NCBI GenBank assembly: GCA_035221665.1
Contig: CM069131.1
Location: forward strand, 27,280,001 to 27,344,000
Length of the DNA: 64,000 nt
Direction: 5' to 3'
From: Okamejei kenojei
Taxonomy: Eukaryota
Under the pieces are notes generated by a model. It was not told the origin of the DNA. It searched no databases and saw only the letters and a list, made by a program, of their open reading frames with translations. Below are positions 24,153 to 38,530 of this stretch, piece by piece (the stretch's first letter is position 1; each line of letters opens with the position of its first letter). The position numbers and the translations under genes were made by a program.

Positions 24153-24615
24153 GCTTATGCTGGAGATATTTGCAACATCTCAGTTTCCATCAATGTTAGT
24201 GTAAGGAAGTTGACTGGAAATGTTATGCAGAGAGCTGACTATAATTAATTCCCTCTTGCCAGAGAGCATCGTACAAGGTTATTGATTGCTTGCAATGTCA
24301 CGTGCATAGCAACTTGGGATATACTTCAATCAAAATGGATTCCACTCCCCATTATCCTGCTGGCATGTAACAACAAGCAGTTGAAGTGGCAGCTCAAAGA
24401 TTGATATCTGGATAGCAGTAATCGTAACCTTTGTTCCAGTTGATTCTATATATGCATTTGATCAACTGACACGTCAAAGAGTTGGTACTATTCAGCAAGA
24501 TGTAATTATTGATGACATGACATAATGCTGACACAAAATCCATGCATTCACACTCCTCCTCATTGCTGCTTCTGCCTGGCCATGTAGCTAATGTAATAGC
24601 CAACACACAACAAAT

Positions 24616-25357
24616 ATTTTTTTTTTATTTTTTTTAAATTTCAAAATATACTTTATTCGAATGATAAATATATACAATACATTAACCTTGCTGTAAATCC
24701 ATCCGACATTTTCGGAGGCTGTACAATAGATCAATACAGTTTAGACATTTTCTTTTTCCCAAGTTTCCACAAATCAGTCCCCCACTCATGCCACAATGGC
24801 GTGGGATACCTTCCCTTATATTGAGGGGCGTCTCCACAATACTGTCTGTACCCCCCCCATGTCCAGCAGCGGAAGGGCGTTAGACTGTGGCCCTCCCCCA
24901 CCGAGCCTTGGCGTTGGCTGCACCGAGCTTCAGTGCGTCCCTCAGCACGTACTCCTGCAGTCTGCAGCGGGCCAGTCGGCAACATTCCCTGACGGACATC
25001 TCGCTCTGCTGGGTGGTGAACAATGCTCGGGCAGACCAAAGGGCGTCTTTTACCGAGTTGATGACCCTCCAGCAGCACTCGATGTCAGTCTCTGAATGTG
25101 TCCCTGGGAACAGTCCGTAAATCACAGAGTCCTCTGTGACGGAGCTGTTCGGGATAAAGCGTACCAGGGACCCTTGCATTTTTCTCCAGACTCTTTTAGC
25201 AAACCCACACTCTGTGAAGAGGTGGGCAACCGTCTCCTCGCCATAGCAGCCGTCCCGAGGGCAGCGTGCGCTGGTAGTGAGGTTCCGACGGTGCAGGAAG
25301 GATCTGACTGGGAGGGCTCCCCTCACCGCCAGCCAAGCCAGGTCTTGGTGCTTGTTG
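24616..25357 (-). mobile_element. Tx1/L1-clade LINE 3' fragment with poly(A) tail
   Basis: ORF 24880-25455 contains the zinc-finger-like C-terminal domain (DLAWLAVRGALPV..RCPRDGC..EETVAHLFTEC.FAKRVW). T-rich tail at 24616-24636. Confidence 0.85.
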
Positions 25358-26729
25358 TGGATGTGGTTAAAAACCAAAGCACAGGTGACTGATTTCCCTT
25401 GTGTATTTCGTTGTCTGTACGCCAATGCATGCCCACGTGCCTCACGCAGAGTCACACCTGAGACTGCAGCAGAGCTGCTGACAGGCTGCTAACTTGCATA
25501 GGAGCAAACTGCAGAAGGCCTTGGAGAACCGCAAGCAACAACAAACCTAGAAGGCTGGTCCTTAGACATCAAAGAGAGTGTCCTTATTGGCTGCTGGAGG
25601 GGAAGCAGATACTCATGCGGAGAGAGTTTGGAAGGTTCACACTGCATGGAATGCACCAGTGCTCTGGACCATCACTAGCCCTCGTTAACTGCGACGGGTA
25701 GATTGCTTGTGGATGGGTTGATCGTTTTGGACATAATGGACACTCATTAACAGCATAAGAAACCCATCCAGCCCTACCTGAGCCACTCCACCTTTCACCC
25801 CATCGCTTTTCAAAAAAATAAAGACACTGCTTTGCACTGCCCTTTGAGAAAGAGAGTTTCAAGGTTTCATGCTCCTTCATGTTATCTTGGAGGAGCTTCG
25901 GCTCTGAATGTTTCACAAGACGCTTCAGCTGGATACATTGGCTGTGAATGACAACCATCAACCCACAGGCAAATTAGTGTCACAGATTTGTGCATTCGGG
26001 ATTCCCGTTATTTGTCTTCAAGGAACAGGCTTGTCCAAAAATAATGTTTTTTCAATCTATTGATTTAAATGTGAGTTTCAGTTTTGGGATCACTGCAAAT
26101 GGTTGCAAACTGGACTTGAATCTGTTGTAGCTATTGTATTTTGATGCATAGGTGGTTTATACATAAAATGTATTAACTTGACGGCATTACGAAGTGATAG
26201 ACTTGACAGCACCGTGATTGTATAGCCCGGACGATGGTATGAGTGTAAAGCCAGCCGTGTACTGTTTTGCTATGATACCAAGTCAAACTCCTCTCCTCTG
26301 CCTGCATGTGATTGATATCCCTACATTCCCTGCATATCCATATACCTATCCGGAAGCCTTTTTAAATGCCATTCTCGTATCTGCCTCCACCCCCACCCTG
26401 TTAGTGCATTCTTGGCACTCACCACCCTCTGCGTAAAAAGAATTGCGCTACAAATCTCCTTTAAATTTTGCCCCTCTCATCTTAAAGCTATGTCTGCCAC
26501 TCTTTGACATTTTCACCCTGGGGAAAAAGGTTCTGACTATCTATGCCTCTCATACGTTTATAAACTTAATTCACAAAAATTACAAGAAATACAAGCAGTG
26601 CATGGCTTTCTTCACAATCACTACGTCTTCCAGTCTGAACATTCATAATGTTAGCAAGTCTATACAGGCCCCGTGCCATCAGGTTAATACATTCTCTGTA
26701 CAAAGCATCAATGCATTCTTGCGGCCTCT

Positions 26730-27070
26730 TTGAGTAAGACACCCTTCAAGTGTTTACGGGGCAGTTGCACTTAGATGCAGTTCTTTCCACCAAAGTCTTT
26801 GCATTGGCCGCACCAAGCTCCAGTGCATTACTTAGCATGGTTGTAGCATTTACTTATGGACATCTTGTTGTTCTGGAAGGCAAACAAGTTTTGGGCAGAT
26901 CAAAGAATAAAACTCACCAACTTGAAGATTTACCGGCAGCACTTGATGTTTATCCCAGTGCATGTCCCCGATATCAGGTCGTTGATCAGAGGGACATGGA
27001 TCATTCTGCCACTAATGATGCAAAACACAATCCCTTCAGCCAAACTTTTTATGAACTGGTTTTCATTTGA
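26730..27070 (-). mobile_element. Older Tx1/L1-clade fragment
   Basis: Degenerate homology to 24880-25200 (ttggccgcaccaagctccagtgca; gcagatcaaag; gcagcacttgatgt). Confidence 0.6.
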
Positions 27071-27341
27071 AACAAGCCTCCTGGAGCTGACAGAGATGCA
27101 GCGCCATCTTGTGGTAACACAATTGCAAGGATTGATAACAGAGAATTGCAGATGCCGGAATCTGAAATATAAAGAGAAAATGCTCGCGATACTCAGCAGG
27201 TGAAGCAACTTCTGTGAACAGAGTAACAATAGTTATAAGGATCCAGCAATTTGAGGTCAGACATCAAATTGTGTTGCCAAGATGGAGAATGACTACATGA
27301 CAGATTTATAATCTTTCAAAGTTCTAAACCTTCTTTGTAAC

Positions 27342-28410
27342 ATTAGTTTAGTTTATTATTGTCACATGTACCGAGGTAAATTAAAAGTTTTTGGTTGCAT
27401 GCTTTCTACTCAAAGAAGAGACTGTACATGAATACAACCAAGCAGTCCACAGTGCACAGATATAGGATAAAGGGCACAATATTCAGTGCAAGGATATTAC
27501 AGTGAAGTCCAATAAAGTCCAATTAAAGATTGTTCAAAGGTCTCCGATGAAGTGTATGGGAGGTCAGGACCACACTCTAGCTGATGAGAGGACAGTTCAA
27601 TTGCCTGATAACTGCTGAGAAGACACTGTTCATGAATCTAGAGATATGCGTTTTTAAACTTCAGTATCTCCTGCTTAATGGGAGAGGGGAGAAGAGGGAA
27701 TGACCAGGTGAGACTGGTCCTTGAAATGCTGGCGACCTTGCTGAGACAGTGTGAAGTGCAAATAGAGCCAATGGACAGGAGGCTGGTTTGTGTGATGAGT
27801 TCACAACTTGCAGTTTTGGATGTTGTTCCCAAACAAGGCTGTGATGCAGTTTTCTATGCTGAACTCCCTAAGCCTTGGAAGTAGAGACATTGGTATGCTT
27901 TCTAGGCCATTGCTTTGATATGACTGGTCCAGCACAAATTCTTGGTGATATTTATTCCAAGGAACTTTAAGCTTTACACTTACTTCAAGTCATCTAAGTA
28001 GACTGGGGTGCATGTTTTGCTTCATTTCCTGGTCAATCATTATCTCCTTTGCCTTGCTAACATCGACTGAGAGGTTGTTTTCTTGGTTATGTTTTCAATT
28101 TCCTTTCTGTACTTTGTCTCGTCATTATTCAATATCCGGGTCACTACAGCGGTGTTGTCTGCAAACATGTAGATTGAGTTGGATTGGTATTTGGCTGCAG
28201 AGTCGTCAGTGAATAAGGAGTACAGTAGGGGGCTGAGAACACATCCTTGCGGGGCACCAGTGTTGAGAATTATCTTGGAGGATGATTTGTCACCTATCCT
28301 CGTTGATTGCGATCTGTGGGTCTGGAAGTTATGGATCTAATTGCAGAGGGGAGTGCTGGCGCCTAGTTACACAAAATTAGAGATAAGTCAGGTTGGGTTA
28401 ATGGTATTAT
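27342..28410 (-). mobile_element. Rex1/Babar-like LINE fragment
   Basis: The minus strand has ILNTGAPQGCVLSPLLYSLFTDD..FADNTAVV-type RT motifs and a (CTAAA)n tail with AATAAA near 27345. Confidence 0.75.
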
Positions 28411-29006
28411 GGGATAATGACTCACCAAGCTGAGTACTGGTAACGTGATAATGACTGAGCAAAACCTCAGAATGTGGGAAGGAGTACTTTATTAGAAGGA
28501 AGAACAAGCAAACCTCAAGCGGCTGAGGTTTCACAGAAAGAGGTTTGAGCTTGCCACGTTGAATTTACGTGAGGTGTGGCTTGGAACAATAACTTGTTTT
28601 TGATTGAGGCCATTCAGAGAGGAGGGGGGCATGAGGACTATTTTATGGGTGGGGTGTACAGACAGGAGGGGGGCTAGTTTCTGAGTAATTGCTGGCAGGA
28701 AGATGCATGGTGAAGCCCGAAAGAGACATTTTGGAATTGGTTGTTAGTTTGTGATGCTGTTATTATGAGATAGTGAAGCATACATGCATAACTAGGTGAC
28801 CAGAAATGTCAAACTTGTTTTTTTTCCACTAGTTAGTTATCTAACAAGTTGCAGGTTGGAGGATGGAGCAGATAACTCACCTCAGCGAGGAATGTCGTAC
28901 CAAGCAATTTCCAAATGAGTGGGAGCAAGGGGTGGAGGGATTTCCTTGTTCTATTAAGTTGACAGCAGCTAGTAAAGATGAATAGAGATACATTAGACAC
29001 ATACTT

Positions 29007-29150
29007 CTTCTTCTTCTTCTTGCATATGGCCTGCACAGCCTAACGTTGTAGGACAACTTGTTCTATTTGATCTTATTTGATTGTGCACGCCAGGTTGATT
29101 GCATTTGTCGAAACAGGGCTGACCACGTGAAGGTTGCAATCTCCCACCCC
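29007..29150 (-). mobile_element. ~140-bp non-autonomous retroposon with 5' HDV-like ribozyme and (GAA)n tail (copy B)
   Basis: Homologous to 19654-19790 with the same 5' GGGGTGG start. 9-bp TSD CACATACTT at 28998-29006 and 29154-29162, with 3 extra nt before G1. Confidence 0.85.
29097..29150 (-). ncRNA. Predicted minimal HDV/CPEB3-like ribozyme (copy B, one P1 mismatch)
   Basis: GGGGUGG GA GAUUGCA ACC UUCACGU GGU CAGCCCU GU UUCGA C AAA UGCAAUC. Confidence 0.7.
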
Positions 29151-29769
29151 AGGCACATACTTGACCAAATAGAAGTTGTTGGCCTGAAATTGAAACATCA
29201 GTGTTCTGAGGAAGTTGCTTTCTGCAACAGGTCCGTATTTGGAAATTGAGATACGGAAGCGAGGAGGAAAAGTGAGAAGGGTCCCGACCCAAAACATCAC
29301 CTAGCCATATTCTCCGAAGATGTTGCCTGACCCACTGAGTTACTCCGGCACTTTGTGTCTGTTTTTTTTTTTTAAAGTGAGGGAGTGTTTGTTGAGAGAA
29401 ATAGACTTGTGACTAGCAAATGACACCACCATCTGAGGTTGCCCCTGCATTGGCGACCTTAGATGGTGAATAACGCAGCTCTGCCCATACAGTCAAATGG
29501 AGACACAAATGGAAATGATACAAACAGCTCAAAGTGCAAAACTATTGTAGTAATCAGAAAGGCCAGAAAGAAAATTGTACAGTTTAAGAGAAAGAATACC
29601 ACAAGAAGGAAACAGAAGAGTCAATGCAGAGGGAGGATGATTTGTCGCATGATGAAGTAGAGCGGTAAAGAAATAGGCATGTTAACAGTGTTGTGCAGGT
29701 TGAGAGATATCAGAGTGCGATGAAATTAATTGTAAGTTTATACCAGGTACAAGATATGGAACAAGTGTT

Positions 29770-30415
29770 GGTATTCAAGTGTTGGCACGTTGGCCTTCAT
29801 AGCGGGAGGATTTGAGTATGGGAGTAAGGAAGTCCTTCTGCAGTTGTACAGGGCCCAGTTTTGGTCTCCTAATTTGAGGAAGGACATTCTTGCTATTGAG
29901 GGAGTGCTGCGTAGGTTCACCAGGTTAATTCCCGGGATGGCGGGACTGACATATAATGAAAGAATGGAACAACTGGGCTTACATTCACTGGAATTTAGAA
30001 GGATGAGAGGGGATCTTATAGAAACACATAAAATTCTTAAGGGATTGGAAAGGCTAGATGCAGGAAAAATGTTCCCGATGTTGGGGGATCCAGAACCAGG
30101 GGTAACAGTTTTAAGAATAAGGGGTAGGCCATTGAGGACAGATGAGGAAAACGTTTTCACCCAGAGAGTTGTGAATCTGTGGAATTATCTGCCACAGAAG
30201 GCAGTGGAGGCCAATTCACTGGATGCTTTCAAGAGAGAGTTAGATAGTGATTAGATTAGAGAGAGATTTAACTCTTAGGGCTAATGGAATCTAGGGATAT
30301 GGGGAGAAAGCAGGAACGGGGTACTGAATTTCGATGATCAGCTATGATCATATTGAATGGCGGTGCTGCCTCGAAGGGCTGAATGGCCTACTCCTGTATG
30401 TATTTTCTATGTTTC
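29770..30415 (+). mobile_element. CR1/HER1-type LINE 3' fragment
   Basis: ORF 29790-30254 reads EVLLQLYRA..RRFTRLIPGM..RGDLIETHKI. The tail is tttctatgtttc. Confidence 0.9.
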
Positions 30416-32899
30416 AATTTGTCATTCTGCAACTGTTTCTCTATTCGCAAATGTTAGTTGATCTATGTATTATTTTCCAGCAATTTCTGTTTTTATTTCA
30501 GATTTTTAGCGATTGTGGTTTTTGACATTTTCACTAAATTATTAACACTTACAAAACCACAACTAGCAGCATCTTAATCAGGAAGAATTCACAATGATCA
30601 TATTGAATGGTGCTGGCCCAAAGCGCTGAATGGTCTACTCTGCCAGCTATTTTCGATGTTACTAAGAGGTCAAGGCAAAGTAGGCCAAGTACCCTACACA
30701 GATCTTTGCTATTATGGAAGAGATGACTCCAGGTAGACAGTGGTGCAAGATACAATATTATTCCAAAGAGGTTTGCAAGGAATCTTGAAGATGCGACAAA
30801 TGCTAACAACATGCAGGATGTCTCTTAAATGGTATTTACCTCCCTCTGCAATGAATATTCTGTTTCACTCCAGTGGCATTTTCTCCCCTTTACCTGTGCA
30901 ATTTTCTTGATGTCCTTCATGTTGATTACTACGATACTATCATGCTTTGAGCTGTTTTTGATATTTCCATCTGTGCCTCATTTGAAGGGCAGAGTTTTGT
31001 TGTCCACCATCTAGGGACGGCTCAACAGGGTTTGACACATTTTGCCAGCTACAGGTTTGTTTCTAACAACTCCCACATCTAAAATTCCAAATATGGACTA
31101 GTTGCAGATAAACAACTTCCTCACAATACTGATTTCAATTTGTACTCAATGAGTTCCATTTGATCAGGTATGTGCCTAATGTCTCTCCATTCACCTTTAT
31201 TAGTTGTTGCCAACTCAATAGAGAGAGAAAATCCCTCTGTCATTGCCCCCACTGATTTGGAACTGAGTTGGCGCAACCCTGCTACCTCCATGCAAATGGA
31301 AGCTAAAAATTAAAAATTAAAAGAATGAAAAGAAATAAGAAGCGTAATGTACTGCACTGCAACAGAACTGTGCACCAAATCCTTAGTACGCACACAGACG
31401 ATTAAACTAATAACAGGACAGAGAACATGATGAGAGCCCACACTACTGCACATACAAGTTTTCCACTCAACATGAAGCAGCTATTAACTGAATTGAAGGA
31501 ATCGGAAAGTCTACAGGAAAACTTAGTTACAAGTCTGATACTAACACAGCTGGAGCAAGCTATTTCAGAGACGTTCAATGACTGATCTTCTCCAAACAGC
31601 CTCTGGAGATCTTTCTTCAAGTTGGGCCAAGCAACCAGAGACCAATGTATTTTGTGCCTGCAAGTAGAACTTCTGGATCAGGTAGATACAGTAGGGACGG
31701 GACAACAGACAGTAAATAAGGATTACAATAGGGGGTAAACAGAGGGTCTATGCCACAATTTGGCAACAATCATCTCCAGATATCAGACCAAGTCTGCACC
31801 TGAACCTGAGTTAACATATCCAGGAAAATTGAGTCTAATTCAAATGGAATGAGATGTGTTCCACCCATTTTAGACCAGTGGCAGAAGTTGCTGAAAACAT
31901 GTTTGAGACAATTGTAATATTTAATTTATTCATTGTAATATTTAATGCTCTGCATAAGGTGCAAGTTGACGTCACAAAATAAAAATATCTAATGGTTTGC
32001 CAGCTGGCTTCTTTTCCTTGTGTTATACATGTCTCATTGACTTATAAAAATGTACTGCCCTTGAAACAGCAAATGAGAAATTCCAGAGATTTACTCATCA
32101 TTGGAGAGAAGATGACTCATTCGTCTGGAGGTATCAGTGACAATTTAAGTAGGTACAAGACACAATATGTTGGGGCTTGATATATAGAGAAAATATGATG
32201 CTGGATTCCACCGACATCATTATCATTATCACACGGTGAGGGTTTGTAGCAGGACAGAATTGCTAATGTGAAGTCTAGATAAGAATTGGAAACGAGTTAT
32301 GTACCCATTTGAAACTGTCTGTGTCATCAAAATTCTTTATTCCAAACTTCAGGAATTAATAAATACACGTTTGAATTTGAGACATAGTCCTTAAGAAAAT
32401 TCCTAACTAGAAATAATTTACCTGCTGTTTACGGTAATACATTAGTTCTCATTTTTTCTGGTCAATTTTGTCTGCTGTTGATTTAACTACTGACTTGCCA
32501 CTGAGGATGTGTCAAGTCAGCAGTTAAAGCACCAGTAGAATAAGACTGGTTTCACATTTAATACGCAGGATGCGTTTTCCTGAATAAGAACTGTTGTGAG
32601 GTAAATTAAACTTTCACTATTTGTAATTTACTTAACTTTATTTAAGCTTTAAGCAACTTATTTCTTTAATACATTACTCAGAAATGTCTGGCAAACATGG
32701 CTGATTCCGCAGATCTTTCCCGCCCGAAATACTTTGCACACGCGCACACTCCGGGAATGTCCTGCGCATGCGCACACTCTAGAAGAGCCCTGCACATGTG
32801 CACATGCACCCACTTCAAGAACATAAATGGAGTTGGAGCTCGAATAAATCTTTGTAATATTTTTTAATGTATTTTGTATATCAAGCGCAAGCTTCTACT

Positions 32900-33130
32900 C
32901 TTGTGTGCTTTGGCCATGAACCTGGTGGGAATCCAGCAATGAAACATGCCTCAACTTGTCATGGAAAAACTGCCTGTTAGGACGGATCTTGTGTTGGCCA
33001 CGGTGAGCATCATGGGCACTCAGTGTTATGGAGCCCAGGGCTGTCCACGGCCTGGCACAGTATGGGTCATTTCTGGGGGCAGGCAGCTCCTGTAGGATGT
33101 GAGGGAGGTTATGCGACCCCCCTCCCCTGG
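32900..33130 (-). pseudogene. Possible decayed Harbinger (HARBI1-like) transposase remnant
   Basis: Fragmentary minus-strand peptides LPHILQELP, LTVA..LTGSF and IAGFP.QVHG resemble the N-terminal part of Harbinger DDE transposases. The region is heavily frameshifted. Confidence 0.3.
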
Positions 33131-36100
33131 CTTGGCTGCATAAGCTGCACCAGTGATCATGGTTGAGCTTGTGACCGGAGGGAAATCCACAGGCTGGGGT
33201 TGTGGGGTGGAGCGCAGCCTCCATTACATTCAATAGAAGAGAATCAGGTTTCATCAGATCCAACAGGAGGTGATCGGAGAGATCCGTAGGTTCCAGGAGG
33301 TCTGTCACTACATGGAGCACGTGGATTGCCAGCCCCCAGCAATGGCCCACACTCACAGTGCAGGCCTGAGCCTCACATCTCAGCACCAAGCAGCTTCACC
33401 GTGGTCATGGCCTGCTCTGCACCAGGCCTCAGGCCGGCGTCTCCACATGAATTTGTTGCTGGGGGAGCACCAGTGGAAGGCAGGGCTTTGGCCCAAGATC
33501 ACAGCACCCAGGATCCTGGCACCGCACGTACAGTTGCAAGGAGCAGAGCATCTTGTACCCACATTCCCCGCACGGTAATACACAGCACATTCAAGGTGGG
33601 AATTCAGGCCAGATTCCCAGCGCAGCAGCCCTCGTCTTTTTAAAGTAAAGGGACAAATGCACCAGTGAGTCCCTGGACTCCAGGACTAAGAGGCTACAAA
33701 GAATCAAAACTCTGTGGGTAGCAACAGGCAGGGCACCTCTGTGCTTCTTCTGTGAGCGAATACGTTGCTGCCTGCCATCATTTTAATTGCATACTTCATG
33801 GCAGAAACCAAGGAACCTCAACAATCCATGAAATGGTGTCTTTTGACATGATTATTCATTGACATTATTTTAAATAAACAAAAGAAGCTTCCACCAGTAA
33901 ACTTTCCATCATTATTCAGTTGGTGATGACCAGCTATTAATGATGAACAGTTAAGAGGAATAGTCTGTAATCTGGAGAATAGTATGAGAGAGCTAGGCCA
34001 TCACTAGAATTGACAAACAACCTGAGAAGTAAAAGTCTCCGCACAGAATTCTATAGTAAAGGATTGGGTCTGCACAGATAACCATTAGGTTCTATTAGAT
34101 TCTGCTAGTTCTAAGGAAGAGCACCGTTTCTGTTAGTCTCTTTTGTTCACAGAATTATTGAATGGCCTAAATAGGGTATAGATTGAGATGGATGTTTCAA
34201 GAGAGCTCTCCATTATGATGTGGAAGCAGTCTGCGTGCTCTGTAACCCCTCATTGAGATGTCACAGTACGTGCGGACTTAGTTACTGTCAGCCCATACTG
34301 TGTAGCCAGGCAGTGGTAAGCTAGGCAGATGAAAATGTTGTTGCAAAATTGAAAGATTTTGAGACAACTCAGAAAGGTAAAGTCACAAGAGCTGACACTG
34401 TTACTGAAAATGAAAAGAAGAAAAATCCTATACACATATATTGTAAGTCAGTGGGAGACAGGAATGTAGTGAAAGCAGAAGCAGAAATATGGAAAACCAT
34501 ATCAAATATAGTTGGTTATGACAGACATCCAGTAATTTACTGAATATAATATATGTCGACTCTCCTGTATAAATTTTGAAGGCAGCCAATGGGACCAAGT
34601 CACTAAAAGCAAAGAACGCAGGCAGCACACGGCATCTGCACCTTCCGCAACAACCTTCTATGCCCTCACTGTGTCTGAGTGTGAGCCTCCAGGGCTGGTT
34701 TGCCAGTCACACTCCAGCTCACCTACAAAGACTGTAAAACTGGCATCATCAAACTCAATGGTCAACCGGCATACGGCATTTGATAGATGATAGTTGATAG
34801 TTGGTAGTTGGTAGTTGAGAGGAGTTATGTGGCCCAATTAAGTTTTACATGAGGTTATCCCAAGAAGACAGTGATCAAGAATATGTAACTCAGTGTATTG
34901 GCAACTATGAAGATAATTATGTTGAACGAACAACAGTGGAACTGGCTGGGACACCAGATTTGTAGGAAGCAGACCTGATGATCTACTGGAATGATTAGCC
35001 TCTGCAGGGAGATTTCAGATTCAAGTTGCAGCTTGCAGTGGAGTGTTCAGTGAACAAAGAAAGAAAAGGAACACATGAATTAATCTTTATTTGAATTTCT
35101 AACTACACATCAATCTACATAGTTTTAATGACTGTATCATTTCATGAATACAAATCGTTTAATAATTAGTATTTTTTTTAAAGGGGAAATTATGTAGTGT
35201 ATATGTTTACCTTAGTAACTGTATCATGTGGTAGGATTTTGATCCATTGCTGTACCTAGAGAATACTAGCTGGTTGGGAATTGCTGTGTTCAATAAATGA
35301 TGTGGTGTTAATAGCTCCAACTCTGTTATTGACCTTTGTTGTAGCAGGACTATAACTACAATGAAAAGTAAAGGGCCTGATTATGTACTAAATAATTTAG
35401 AGCAGCAGATTCCAGCTTCAACCCTTAACATGTGTCAGCTGAGCTGACGTCAGCAGCCATGGCAACGGCAGCCGTAAATGAAGGAAAGGTGAAAATAGTT
35501 GGAATTTGCTCTCTTCAGTCTGATACCGAGCAGGACATTCTCTTGGCCACCTGGATGTAATGTCTCCCTCTTGACAGCTGTGGAAATAAACTCCAAGTCA
35601 GCACTTTTGGGACGAAAATTAGAGGGATGAACAAGATATGGAGGTATTTGTACATTAGTATTTGCTGAATTAATACAATTTGCTTGTTTTCTCAGTTTAT
35701 TTCCAAGTCTGGAATATAGTGAAGCTCCCGCTTAACTTTTGCTGCTTGCTTTTGTGCTTCCTGCCCTCACTCCGACATATAGCACACTCAGTGTTGTCGA
35801 TCTCAGTGTCTCGTATCTGACTTGTTTGGGATTAGATTCCCAATGGACTCCATCACATTGTACAGTTGCCTTGCTGCCAATATTGCTATTTTATGAATGT
35901 CAATCGTTGGAGAAACTTCTCATTAAAGATGCAGCCTCACCCCACTATTCCACCAATCCCCCACCCCCACGACGAGAGGAAGTCCACCAGATTGACCGAT
36001 GTGCAGCCGAGCGTGGCCAATGAGATAAGGACTGGAAAGCTGCACTTTTTATTTATTGCCAGTGCTAGTGTCGAGTAACACGTTCATGGATAGGAAAAGA

Positions 36101-38530
36101 TTAAAGGGATATGGGTCAAACAAGGGGAAATGGGACTAGTTTAGGTGGGGCATCGTTGGCATGGATGAGTTAGGCTGAAGGGCCTGTTTCTGTGCTATTT
36201 CACTCTCTGGCTGCAGCAGTCCATCTTGGTTTTGTACGAAATTCAGGTATCTGCTGTCTCACGTGACTCCTCCTTCTGAATGTTAGTCTTAGGTTCATAC
36301 ACAGAGTTCTAGGATTCAGCAAGGAGTTAAATCCTGTTTGCAAGACCAATCTCCCTCATATCCCATTTGTTGTCCATCAATGACTTGATTCCTCATTGAG
36401 TTTCTGGTGGAATCAAGTCCTGGTGTCCTGTGCTGTATAACTCTGACTCTGAGAGGATGCATCTTCTTCATATTCACCCTGCTAAGACTGCTTAGGATCT
36501 TTGATGTTTCATTTGGTGAATGTCCAGAAAATATACATTATGTATGTTTTGTAATCTTAATTCAAAATCTACGATAATAAAAAACATTCAGGGTCAATAG
36601 AAATCAAAGTCAGAATCCAAAGAACAGTGGATTTTATAGGCCTGGGAGAGTCAGCAGGCTGTACAAAGCAGTTTTGAATAGCTGTAAATATTGCCTCCTA
36701 CTTAGTTAGCTCAGGTGGTGATTGATTAATCTACAGTTTTGACAAAAAAAATCAGTAGCTTGCATAAAACAAGGAGTTGGTTGCTTCATTCATTCTGAGA
36801 TATTTGTCGTCATTTTAGGATATTGATACAGTGTAGCTCATATGCTGTCATGGTCTTATTTTCCTTCTGACATCTCCTTCCTCAGTATTTGCTTCTACTA
36901 TTAGAAACATCAAAATATGTCCATTGTTCACTATCATCTATTTACCTCCGACTGAATGGCTGCTATTTGAATATGCCTACCACGTCATTTGCATTGGAAA
37001 AGATAGCAGAAGGCAAACCTTTATTTAAATCTCTCATTCTTGATTTGCCAGAAGGAGGACCAACTTGATTTTGTCACGTCATGAAATGTGTACCAATTAC
37101 TCCCTTTTGAAATAAGCAGTATTCTATGCATATTAAAATAACTCTTTCACATTAGTAAGATCGCAGCAGAAACCTAAAAGCAATGGCAGGACTTGGGCCT
37201 ATAAACACCTGAAAGAAATGTACAATATTATACTCTCAGTCACCCAGCATCCATGGGGTGTCAAATGCATAAATATGTTGGTCAAATGAGAATTCAAAGA
37301 ACCTAATAATAACTGTGGTCAAGACGGGCATGTGTTTAGTGACCAGTTGGGCTACACCTCAAAAGGATGCTAAATTTATGGTGACAATGTTGAGATGAAA
37401 TAGTAAGATAATAAAACTTAGGATGCCACCATATAACTTAAATTATAGCAAGAGGACAAACCATTGAGTTCCAGTTACTTTTTGAAAAGGCAGTGGTGTT
37501 AAATTTACAATTTAGTTTCTTTCTGTATTAAATTTGAACATTCGGATCTCTGTCTATCCATCTAAATAAGGTTCCCGACCCAAAATGTTACCTACCTCCA
37601 GAGATGCTGCCTGACCCGCTGAGTTACTCCAGCTTTTTGTGTTTATCTTCGGTTTAAACCGTCTTTGTTTGTAAACCCGCATCTGCAGTTCCTTCAGAGA
37701 TATTGTCAGAGTCCTCATGTTTGGCGTCTAGGCAGTGAAGGCCAGTTTGTCACACACTCTGTATCAGAGGTTGGATGATAATCTTGGGATCGATCCTCAG
37801 TGAGTAAGAGTGCTGCAAGTTTAAAGGGGTAGGTTTGAAAAAAGGGTATCGGTAAAATGATTAATGTTGCATCAAAAATATTTGATCATTAGATTCAGAG
37901 AGGGTAGGTATTCAGACGGATCCTTGTGGATTGGAAATTGGGAGGTCGGGAGAAGAATAAACAATTTTATGGTCTTGCTTCTGACGATTAATGCAAGAGA
38001 TTTAACATATTGTCAGACGTTTTACGTGTCCCAAAGGCAAGGCAGAAGACCAACCATATTTGGACGACTTAAGACAATTAAAGACTGGAAAATGTAGGTA
38101 TCTATTGTAAAGGAAGAAGGGAGGAAAGAAAGAGATGAGAGGGAGGAACGGGCATTGCTATGAACCCATTGTACCTTGAAGACAACTCAAAGTACATTAT
38201 TATTTTATTACTTTAGAACATAATAACTTGAGAAACAGATGCAGGGTAAGCCAATTGGCCCCTCAAGACCATGGTTTATTCAGTATTGTGACTGGATAGT
38301 AGTGCATTCAAAGGTTTGGATGAAAGTCCCGGTTTGATCATAGAGTATGTGGAATTAAGGGCAATATGCTTTCATTAATTGAGTCTACTTTTAATGTTTC
38401 TCATCAATTTACTCTCATATTATATCTTGTCTTTCTTTCTAAATTTGTTGGTCCTTCGGTGCTGAGTGCTAAAATTGCACCAAATTGTCAGATTAATTGT
38501 ATTTGGAGAATGTAACAGGAAAGTGGAGCA

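Noticed and set aside
29095-29120. GTCGAAAC on the plus strand as a hammerhead core
   Set aside because: There is no CUGANGA partner. The opposite strand fits an HDV-like fold far better.
35400-35640. Palindromic CRE (gctgacgtcagc) in a possible ancient SINE remnant
   Set aside because: Too degenerate to assign by eye, and a single motif is expected by chance.
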